Under the pieces are notes generated by a model, which saw nothing but the letters and a program-made list of their open reading frames with translations, was not told the DNA's origin and did no database searches. A stretch of 48,995 nt of DNA from an uncultured Bacteroidales bacterium. Lineage in GTDB: Bacteria; Bacteroidota; Bacteroidia; Bacteroidales; F082. The stretch covers positions 1 to 48,995 of the forward strand of contig CALFIT010000286.1 of NCBI GenBank assembly GCA_937877465.1. The letters run 5' to 3'. Positions 25,706 through 34,500 of the stretch are shown one piece after another; positions within the stretch are counted from its first letter, which is position 1, and every line of letters starts with the position of its first letter. Position numbers and translations under genes: made by a program.

Positions 25706-28348
25706 CTATGGTGCCACGACGACTTTCCGTGCCACGGTGCCGTTGCGTCCTGTGACCACGAAGAAATAGATGCCTGAGGCATCGGTGCTCATATGGTAGG
25801 TGAGGGAATGGTTATCGGTTTCGTTGTGGGTCACGAATCGGTCGAGCAGCGTGCCTCTCATGTCGTATACTTTGACTTCAACGGGACCGAAGAAGTTCTC
25901 GAAGTTGAGCGTCATCTGCCCGTTGTTGGGGTTGGGTGCCACGCCGAAGTCGGCCATGTTGTGTTCGTCCACGTCATAGAAGGAGCAAACAAACCAATAC
26001 CTGCGCTCGATGCCTTGTGGGGCACAGTCATTGTAGGCCTTGGCACTGAGCCATACGGTGTCGTCGACACGCTCAAGGACATACATCGTGCAACTCAGTC
26101 CTTTTGGGATAGAGCTTTCGTCGGGTTCAAGGATCCACTGGATGTCGGGGTTGGCAAACGCCCATGTGACGGAATCCCAATGACAGGCCGTGTTGTCGTC
26201 CCACAAATAGAATTCGTAGGAGTTGATCTGGAACTCGGTCGCGGTGACCACCCAGTGCGGAGCGGTGTTGTCGGGGTCTTTGGGGAAAATCGGGGTGGGA
26301 GTGGGGGTGTATTGCAGACTGAGGTCGAGGTGGACGATGCTGTCGCAACCCATTGGGGTGTAGAGGTTCTCGGTGTAAACGCCCGGCGTTGTGTAGGTCA
26401 TGCCTTGCCAATCGTAGCTGTCGCAAGTTGACACAACGAGCGGCTCGGTGTCGACATGGCCATACACGCGGATGTTCACGTCGACAATCTGTGTGGTGTA
26501 TCCGTCGTTGACGGTGCAGGTGAAGACGGTCGTGCCTACGGGCGGCGTGGCCACGGGGTCTTGTATGTTGGCGTTGTTCAGCAGGTTGGCGGGCGACCAG
26601 CTGTAGGTGTAGCTGCCCGTGCCGCCCAAAGGCAGGGCATGAAGGGTTGTCGTCTCGCCGTCGCAAAGGATGTATTGGTCGGCGGAGGCTGTGGCAGTCA
26701 GGTTGGAACCGGCCATGACGACGGTGACCTGCGCCGTGTTGGTGCAGCCGCCTTCAAGGTTGGTGACGGTGACGGTGTAGACCTGCGTCTCCTCCAAGTT
26801 CACGGTCTGGGTGGTGGGACTGTTGGGGTCGACGACCATGTTGGCCGGCTCCCAATGGTAAGTGCAATGGCTTGCGTTTGTCGCCTCCGCGCCGATGGTG
26901 GCGATGCCTCCAAAGAAGACGGAGGCAGGCTCAGCCGACGTGGCGATGGCGGGAATCGTGTACACCGAAACGGTTTGCGTCTTTTGGTCGGTACACATGT
27001 TGTAGGTGGTGCCCACGCTGAGCGTCACCTCATATTCGCCGGCTTGGGCGTAGGTGTGCGAGGGGTTCGTTTCGTCGCTCGTATGGCCGTCGCCAAAGTC
27101 CCATTCGATGTGCTCGATGGCTTGCCCTGAAGGGTTGGTAGTCGAGGTGTTGGTGAACTGCATGGGGCTGCCTTCGCAAACCGCGACGAAGCTGAAGTCG
27201 GCGGTGGGTTGCGCCACCACTTCAACAAAATCGGTCTCGGCGCTGCTCGTCTCGTTGCCCACGGTGATGGTGCAGGTGTAGACGCCGGCCATCTCCATCG
27301 TGCAGTTCGGGATGACGGGGTTTTGCTCCGTTGAGTTGAAGCCGTTGGGACCGCTCCAGCTGAAGGTGGCGCCAATCTGGTTTTGTGCCGTCAGGTTGAT
27401 GGTCTCGCCCACGCAATAAGGGCCGCCGCCGTTGACCAAAGGCGGCAGGATGCTACAGTCCGTGGTGCCCGTCCCCGTGTTCTCGAACGAGATGTTGCAA
27501 GGGCTGTTAGAGAAGTTGGTAATCAGCAAGATGTAGTATTCTCCGCTTTGCGCGTTGTTGATGTGGCAATTCTCGGTTGCGCTGGTGCTGTAGCTGCAAT
27601 CAACGATGTTGCTGCATGCTAACATGTCGCAGGCCGTGGACATGTCGGTAAACGGGCCCCAGCAGTCAAAGTCGATGTCGACGAGCGGGGTGCTGTACAT
27701 GTAGATGTTGAGGTTGCCGGGTTCGTCGATTCTCAGGAAATAGAAAGCGGGATTGGGGGCCGTCGAGAGGCAGTTCGAGGATTGTCCGGGCGTGCCTGAA
27801 CAGGCGTAAGGGTCGCTGCAATGCGCGTTGTAGGTGTCGCCGCAGGGCGAACCTGAATTGGTGCCTGCCGGGAAGGAATAAAGCCCCACATCGGTGCAGA
27901 AGGGTGAAGCCGTTTCGCATGTGGCGTTGTCGGAGGCGACGCCTCTCGTGAAGTCCTCGTAAAGGGTCTTGAAAACCTCGTCGTCGATGCCGTAGCGCCA
28001 TTGCACGAAAAGCTCGCCGCGCTGGTTCTTGTCCAAATAGCTGAACTCGTTGCGTTGCTCAAACAGGAGGTTGTCGAAAAAGAAATCAAAATCCGACAGC
28101 TCGTCGGGGGCGTCGTTGCCCACATACACGTCGATGGTGTTGGCCTTGTCGGGGTTCTTGTAGCAGAAATAGCCGTGGTCAAGGATGGCGTGTACCACAA
28201 AGACCCGTTCCTCGATGGTCGGGATGTGGGAAACGCTGAATTCCGACACCTTGATTTGACGCGGCTGCTGGGCAAACTGCTTCGTCGGGATGGCGCAGAG
28301 AAGCAGGACAGCCATAAAGAAAACACTATTTTTGCTTGTTGGTTTCAT
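25706..28348 (-). CDS. Type-B modular T9SS cargo protein (880 aa): N-domain, Cys-rich PPC-like domain, Ig-like, PKD, Ig-like repeats, 1 two-Cys repeat, pre-CTD module, CTD
   Basis: Motifs: signal MAVLLLCAIPTKQFAQ, PFCTDVGLYSFPAG...DIDFDCWGPF...GEYYILLITNFSN, GGPYCVGETINLTAQ, PKD WDFGDGHTSDETNPSHTY, GCDSIVHLDLSL, CTD APNPNNGQMTLNFENF... Confidence 0.75.
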   Translation of the reverse strand: MKPTSKNSVFFMAVLLLCAIPTKQFAQQPRQIKVSEFSVSHIPTIEERVFVVHAILDHGYFCYKNPDKANTIDVYVGNDAPDELSDFDFFFDNLLFEQRNEFSYLDKNQRGELFVQWRYGIDDEVFKTLYEDFTRGVASDNATCETASPFCTDVGLYSFPAGTNSGSPCGDTYNAHCSDPYACSGTPGQSSNCLSTAPNPAFYFLRIDEPGNLNIYMYSTPLVDIDFDCWGPFTDMSTACDMLACSNIVDCSYSTSATENCHINNAQSGEYYILLITNFSNSPCNISFENTGTGTTDCSILPPLVNGGGPYCVGETINLTAQNQIGATFSWSGPNGFNSTEQNPVIPNCTMEMAGVYTCTITVGNETSSAETDFVEVVAQPTADFSFVAVCEGSPMQFTNTSTTNPSGQAIEHIEWDFGDGHTSDETNPSHTYAQAGEYEVTLSVGTTYNMCTDQKTQTVSVYTIPAIATSAEPASVFFGGIATIGAEATNASHCTYHWEPANMVVDPNSPTTQTVNLEETQVYTVTVTNLEGGCTNTAQVTVVMAGSNLTATASADQYILCDGETTTLHALPLGGTGSYTYSWSPANLLNNANIQDPVATPPVGTTVFTCTVNDGYTTQIVDVNIRVYGHVDTEPLVVSTCDSYDWQGMTYTTPGVYTENLYTPMGCDSIVHLDLSLQYTPTPTPIFPKDPDNTAPHWVVTATEFQINSYEFYLWDDNTACHWDSVTWAFANPDIQWILEPDESSIPKGLSCTMYVLERVDDTVWLSAKAYNDCAPQGIERRYWFVCSFYDVDEHNMADFGVAPNPNNGQMTLNFENFFGPVEVKVYDMRGTLLDRFVTHNETDNHSLTYHMSTDASGIYFFVVTGRNGTVARKVVVAP

Positions 28349-28391
28349 TGTTGACTTTTAAATATGTCGCTTGTTAAAATGAAAAATATGG

Positions 28392-31300
28392 TTATCTCTG
28401 GAGGATGACTTTCTTGGCGATGGTGCCTTCTTTGCTCGTCGCTACCAAGAAATAGATGCCGTCGGCTCTCGACGACATGTCGTAGAGCAACGAACTTGAG
28501 CTCATGTCGCTGAAAGTCTGTATGTTGTCGATGAGCGTGCCTCTCATGTCGTACACTTTGATGTCGATTTTGCCCGTCAGACGCTCGAAGTTGAGTGTCA
28601 TCAGTCCGTTGTTGGGGTTGGGCGTCACACTGAAGTCGGCCATGGTGTGCTCGTCAACATCATAGAAGGAGCAGACGAACCAATAGCGGCGGTCGATGCC
28701 TTGTGGCGCGCATTCATTGAAGGCTTTGGCGCGGAGCCAGATGGTGTCGTCGACGTGTTCAAGGACATACATCCTGCAGGTCTTGCCTTTCGGATAGGTA
28801 GTAAGGTCTGGCTCAAGCACCCAATCCAAGTCGGGATTGTCGAACGACCAGGCGATGGAGTCCCAATGGCATGAGGTGTTGTAGTCCCAAAGGTAGAATT
28901 CGTAGGACATGATCTGGAACTCGGTGGCCGTGATGACCCAGTGCGGCGCGGTGTTGGTGGGGTCGGTGGGGAAAATCGGGGTGGGGTTGGGGGTGTATTC
29001 CAAGTCGAGGTTGAGACGGAGGATGCTGTCGCAGCCCAAGGCGGTCGCAAGCACCTTCTCGTAGCTGCCCGAGGCGGTGTAAAGGGAGTCGATCCAGAAA
29101 TAGGCGTCGCATTCGTCGATGTCTAAGGTCGCGCCTTCCACTGCGCCCGAGATGAGCAGGTGGCAGTCGACGATGCTGTCGCAGCCGTCGTAGGTCGTGA
29201 ACAGCTGGCTATAGGTGCCGGTGGCCGAATAGTTCTCTCCGTTCCATTCAAACACACCGCAGGTGATGGTGTCGAAGGAGGTGTGTTGGGGCATGCCTAA
29301 GGTGAGGTGCATGGTGACGATGCTGTCGCAACCGCCCACGGAGGCATAGAGCCGCTCATAAGTGCCTGGACTGTTGTAGGTCTGGCCGTCCCAAACGTAG
29401 GTGCTGCTGCATTCGTGGTGGTCAAATTCGTAGGTGACGCGGTCGGCCACGGTGAGGTGCAGGCTGACGATGCTGTCGCAGCCGTCGACGCTTTCCAAGC
29501 TGAGCTGTCGGTCGTATTCGCCCGGGTGGTCGTATTCGAAGCTGAACCCGTTGCCGTCGTAGATGCCAGGCTCCCCGTGCCAGCAGCGGCTGTCGTTGAT
29601 GGGGATATGGTATTGCGGACGCGCCGTGATGTATAGCAACAGGCTGTCCTTGCATTCGGGATAGACGGGGTTGTCTTGCAGACGACTCAATATGGTGTCG
29701 TTGTTGATGAGAATGTTGTTGAAGCCGTGGCCGCTGTAGAGTTGGCCGGCGCAAGCCTCGTCGCTTTCGGTGACGTATTGCTGGCTGAGGTCCACAAAGA
29801 AATAGGTGGTGTCGCTCGACGAGGCGGTGCATCCGCTGGCATCGGTGGTGATGGCCAAGGCCACGCGATACACTTGCTTGTCGTGGTAGGTGTGCGTGGC
29901 GGGGTTGGCGGTGCTGGTGGCGCCGTCGCCAAAGTCCCAAAGCAGGTCGTATTGCTCGTAGTTGACCTCGGCGGCAAAAGTCATGGTGTTGTCGATGCAG
30001 TATGGGAAGCTCTCGTTGGGCTTCACTTCTATGTCGTTGATGGTCATCGTCGAACTCAAGTCGATGGCGTTGGAGCCGACGAGATAGGCATAGCCTTTGG
30101 CATTGCCGAAGCCGTACACATGGGCGTTGAAGCCGTTCTCGCAGGCGATGTGGTGTACGCCGTGGCTGATGTTCATCCTCGTGTAGCTGTAGTTGCTGTT
30201 GCCGTTGACGCGGTTGAAACTCAAGGGCGAGATGAGCTGGCCGTCGAAGTAAACATTGGCGATGTCTTCGGTCTTGACGATGATGTTGACGGAGTGGTTG
30301 GTGATGCCGATGTTGGCATGGTCGAAGGTGGAGAAGGTGACTTCGTCGATGCGCTGCTCGACGGGGGCTATCCACACCATCGAGGGGTCGCCCAAGCCGC
30401 CTCCGGGGTTCTGGTCGTAACTGGAGTTGTTGAAAAGGTAGACGGCGCTGGGTTGCGTGGCCTCAAGGAAGCACGAGCCTACGCTTTCGTTCATCGAGAA
30501 GGTGTAGGACTGGTAGGCCCGCAAGGTGGTCAGGCTGTCGCCGTTCATGGTGATGACGTTGTTGTTGGCGCTCGACGTGATCTTGATGAAGTCGCGGTTG
30601 CGGTTGAGCGAACTGGTGACCACGAAGTTCTTGCCCCACGAGCGCAGCGGCATGGCTTGCTCAAACACATGGTCGTAGCCGTTGCCCATGTTGATGGGGA
30701 CGCAGGTGAGGGTGTTGCCGTTGAAGACGGCGATGCGCTTGCAGTCGCTGGCGAGGATGTGGGTGCCGCTCAAGTCGCGTTGCGAACCCGAGCGCACCGA
30801 CCTGACGTGGTAGGTCTCGCCGGCGTTCAAGGTGATGCTGTAGGTCTCGCCGGCGACATGTCCGAGCAAGGTGGCGCAGCTCGGCGTGATGTCGATATGG
30901 GTGTCGTCTTCCGTGGCCACGATGACGAAGGCGCTGGTCTCGTTGTTGTAGACGTAGGCGTTCATGCTGCCTGCCACCGACTGGTCGTGCGACTGGATGA
31001 TGTATTCGTCGCCCAAGCTCTCAACGGGCAAGACGAATGAGGCGTCAAACGAAACGTAGGCGATGTTGGTGCAATACACCGAGATGGTGTCGTTCGCCTC
31101 CACCTTGATGGCTTTCTGCGTGATGGTTTCATAAGTGTAAGCGTCGTGATAGCCTTGTGCTTCGGGGATGTCGAGGATGGTGGTGTTGTTGGCGGTCACG
31201 TTGAATTCCCGTGTCCAACCCGTCAGTGGGTTCGAGATGGTGCCCGAGCAGTCGCGCTTGGCACTGATGAGCACTTGGTTGATGACCCAGCCGCCGCCTG

Positions 31301-31439
31301 AGGTGTGGTCGCGGAAACCGTTGTGCATGAACGAGAGCCAAAACTCCTTGCCTTGTGTCGATGTGTTTTGGGCCAACGCCGCCGGCATGGCAAGGCTGAA
31401 AAGAAGAAGCAATGATATTGTTTTTTTGATGAGATTCAT
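28392..31439 (-). CDS. Type-A modular T9SS cargo protein (1015 aa): IgGFc-binding-like N-domain, PKD, 5 two-Cys repeats, pre-CTD module, CTD
   Basis: Motifs: QGKEFWLSFMHN, YDHVFEQAMPLRSWGKNFVV, WDFGDGATSTANPATHTY, four GCDSI plus one ECKDS repeat, CTD TPNPNNGLMTLNFERL... Confidence 0.75.
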   Translation of the reverse strand: MNLIKKTISLLLLFSLAMPAALAQNTSTQGKEFWLSFMHNGFRDHTSGGGWVINQVLISAKRDCSGTISNPLTGWTREFNVTANNTTILDIPEAQGYHDAYTYETITQKAIKVEANDTISVYCTNIAYVSFDASFVLPVESLGDEYIIQSHDQSVAGSMNAYVYNNETSAFVIVATEDDTHIDITPSCATLLGHVAGETYSITLNAGETYHVRSVRSGSQRDLSGTHILASDCKRIAVFNGNTLTCVPINMGNGYDHVFEQAMPLRSWGKNFVVTSSLNRNRDFIKITSSANNNVITMNGDSLTTLRAYQSYTFSMNESVGSCFLEATQPSAVYLFNNSSYDQNPGGGLGDPSMVWIAPVEQRIDEVTFSTFDHANIGITNHSVNIIVKTEDIANVYFDGQLISPLSFNRVNGNSNYSYTRMNISHGVHHIACENGFNAHVYGFGNAKGYAYLVGSNAIDLSSTMTINDIEVKPNESFPYCIDNTMTFAAEVNYEQYDLLWDFGDGATSTANPATHTYHDKQVYRVALAITTDASGCTASSSDTTYFFVDLSQQYVTESDEACAGQLYSGHGFNNILINNDTILSRLQDNPVYPECKDSLLLYITARPQYHIPINDSRCWHGEPGIYDGNGFSFEYDHPGEYDRQLSLESVDGCDSIVSLHLTVADRVTYEFDHHECSSTYVWDGQTYNSPGTYERLYASVGGCDSIVTMHLTLGMPQHTSFDTITCGVFEWNGENYSATGTYSQLFTTYDGCDSIVDCHLLISGAVEGATLDIDECDAYFWIDSLYTASGSYEKVLATALGCDSILRLNLDLEYTPNPTPIFPTDPTNTAPHWVITATEFQIMSYEFYLWDYNTSCHWDSIAWSFDNPDLDWVLEPDLTTYPKGKTCRMYVLEHVDDTIWLRAKAFNECAPQGIDRRYWFVCSFYDVDEHTMADFSVTPNPNNGLMTLNFERLTGKIDIKVYDMRGTLIDNIQTFSDMSSSSLLYDMSSRADGIYFLVATSKEGTIAKKVILQR

Positions 31440-31459
31440 TGGTTGAGGTTTCTAAAAGT

Positions 31460-31485
31460 GGGAGACGCGATGGCTCGCGCCTCCC
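31460..31485 (-). other. Intra-operon GC-rich hairpin between the 1223-aa and 1015-aa genes
   Basis: Minus strand reads GGGAGGCGCGA-gcca-TCGCGTCTCCC (11-bp stem) followed by ACTTTTAG. The core GAGGCGCGA/TCGCGTCTC is identical to the terminator at 18382-18402. Confidence 0.55.
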
Positions 31486-31503
31486 AAAATACATAAAACG
31501 TAA

Positions 31504-34500
31504 TTAATGCTGTATAACAACTTTCTTGGCTACGGTGCCTTCCTTGCTTGTCGCAATGAAGAAATAGATGCCATCCGTCCGGCTCCTCATGTCATATTGA
31601 TAGGTGCCAGGACCGGCGTTATTGTAAGTCTGGAATTTGTCAATCAGCGTACCGCGCATGTCGTATACCCTGATGTCAATCTTGCCAGAGAGTTGCTCGA
31701 AGTTGAGCGTCATCTGTCCGTTGTTGGGATTGGGGATCACGTCGAAGTCTTTGGGCTCGGCTTGATGCTCCTCGACGCCGATGAACGAACTGATGAGCCA
31801 ATACTTCCGCTCGATGCCATCGCTGGGTGAGCAGCGGTTGAAGGCACGGGCATTAAGCCAAACGGTGTCGTTAACCCAACTGAGCACATACAACCTGCAG
31901 CAAGCGCCATTCGTTCCAAAAGGTTCAAGCACCCAGTCCAAGTTGGGATTGTCGAACGACCACGAGATGGAGTCCCAATGGCAGTTCGGGTTCTGGTCCC
32001 AAAGATTGAAGTCATAGGTGTTGATTTGGAACTCGGTGGCTGTGACGACCCAGTGTGAAGTCGTGTAATCCATCGGGTAAATGGGCGTGGGGTTGGGCGT
32101 GTATTCAAACTGCACGTTCATTGTCACGATGCTGTCACAGTCCGAGTTGTTCTTGTAGGTCCTGTGGTAGACGCCCGACATATCGTAAACCAAGCCTTCG
32201 TGGTCGGTCGAGATAATCTCGTGCCCTTGGGGGTCCCAGAAGTATTCGTTGCAGTTCTCTTCGTCGCTGACGGTGAAAGTATATTCGTCGTGGTCGTTGA
32301 TGGTGAGATGCAGTGTGGCTTCGCTGTCGCAGCCGTAGGCGTTGATGTAATGATGCGTGTAGACGGTGCTTTCCGTGAAGGTCATGTCGACGTTGTAGGT
32401 GTCGTTTTTCCAACGGTAGGCATCGCAACTTGTGACAACCACCTCGTCGTCGAAACTCGGTCTGAGTTCGAGATTGAGAATCAGCGTACTGTCGCATGAG
32501 TTGGCATATTGCAGCGTGTCGAAGTAGATGCCGGTCTCATAATAGGTGTGTCCGTTCGAGGGCCATGTGTATTCGGTGGCGCAAAGCGACACAACATAGG
32601 TCTTGGAGTTGTATTCCGCCTCTTCAACGGTCAGGTAAACGATGCTGTCGCAGCCGGCTTGCGTTTGGAACACAAGCTCGTTGGGGATGGGGCTGGGTTG
32701 GAAGTAGGTGTCCAACGGAGCAAAGTAGTAGCCTGGGCCTCCTTCGCAAGTCGATTCGGTCAGATACACTTCATAGCTTGGATCTTGGATGAGGTTCAGC
32801 CTGATGATGCTGTCGCAGCCGTTGACGGTTTCGAGGGTGTGGTAATAGACACCCGAACTCGTGATAGGCTCTCCGAAGAAGCTGTAGGTGTCGCCTTGGC
32901 AGAAGTGGTCTGAGATGGAGGTCTCGTAGGTCTCGTGATGGGTGAGGTGCAGATGGATGGTGCTGTCGCAACCGTGTTGCGAAACAACGATATGGTCGTA
33001 GTCGCCTTCCTCGGAGAGGATCTCGCCGAAGAAGTTATAGGTGTCGTCGGGGCAGATGCTCACGTTGATGTCGGACTCGACGTGGGGATAGACGTAGACG
33101 CTGACGCTGACGTCTTGCGCCGAGAGGCCGTCGCTGACATGGCAGGTGTAGGTGGTGAGCCCAAGGGGCGGCGTAGCCACCGGGTCTTGGATGTTGGCGT
33201 TGTTGAGGGTGTTGGCTGGTGTCCAGGCAAAGGTGTAGTTGCCCGTGCCGCCCGAAGGCTCGGCATGGAGCATCGTGGATTCGCCTTCGCAAAGCTCGCT
33301 GTTATCGGCAGAGGCCGTGGCCATCATGTTGGAGCCTTCGATGACTACGGTGACACGACCCGAACCCGAACAGCCGCCTTGGGGGTTGGTGACGGTGCAA
33401 GTGAATTGCACGTTCTCATAAAGCGGGACGGTTTGAGTGGTCTGGCTGTTGGGATTGACGACCTTGTTGGCGGGCTCCCAACGGAAGTTGAAGGTGCCTT
33501 GCGTGCCCGCAGTGGCGGTGAGGGTGGTGGTGCCACCATAGATGACCGTGCTGGGGTTGGCCGACACGGTGGGTGTCGGCAGCGCGTTGACAGGTACCGT
33601 GCGGGTTGTCACGTCGGAGCACATGTTGTTGGCCGTCTGCACGGTGAGGGTCACTTGATAGCTACCCGCTTGCGCATAGGTGTGGCTTACGGTCTGGCCC
33701 GTGCCGGTCTGTCCGTCGCCGAAGTTCCACTGATAACTCGAGATTTGGCCTGTCGAAGTGCTGGTGAACTGAGTGGCGGTGCCTTGACAAACGGTGGTGA
33801 AGTTGAAGTTGGCGGTCGGCTGGGCAACGATGGTCACCGGAAGGGTCTTCTCGCTGGTGCAATGCCCTCCGCACGAAACGGTGAGCGTCACTTGGTAGGT
33901 GCCTGCGTTGGTATAGGTGTGCGAAACGCTGGCGCCCGAGCCGGTCTGTCCGTCGCCGAAGTTCCATTGGTAGCTCTGGATGGGCTGCCCCGTCGGGTTG
34001 GTGGTCGAGGTGCTGTTGAATTGCACGGCGTTGCCCGCGCAGGCGGCGGTGTAGGTGAAGTCGGCGGTGGGTTGGGGATAAATGACGACTTCCGTCGTGG
34101 CGCTGTTGGTCTGGCTACCCACAGCGATGGTGCAGGTGTAGGTGCCGGCCATGTTCATCGTGCAGTTCGGACGGGTCGGGTTCTGCTGGTTCGAACTGAA
34201 GCCGGCAGGGCCTGTCCAGCTGTAGCTTGCGCCCGACTGGCCGTTGGCGGTCAGGCTGATGGTCTCGCCCACGCAATAGGGGCCGCCGTTGTCGACCAAG
34301 GGAGGCAGGATGCCGCAGTCGGTGACGCCCGTGCCGCCCACCTTACTGAAGTTGATGTTGCAAGCTTGGTTCGAATAGTTGGTGATGACCAAGATGTAAT
34401 ACTCGCCTGTCTGCGAAGTGGCTGGAATCATGCAGTGTTCGGTGGCGGCGGCAGAGTAGCTGCAACTCACCACCTTGTCGGAGGTCAGTCCGTTGGGGCA

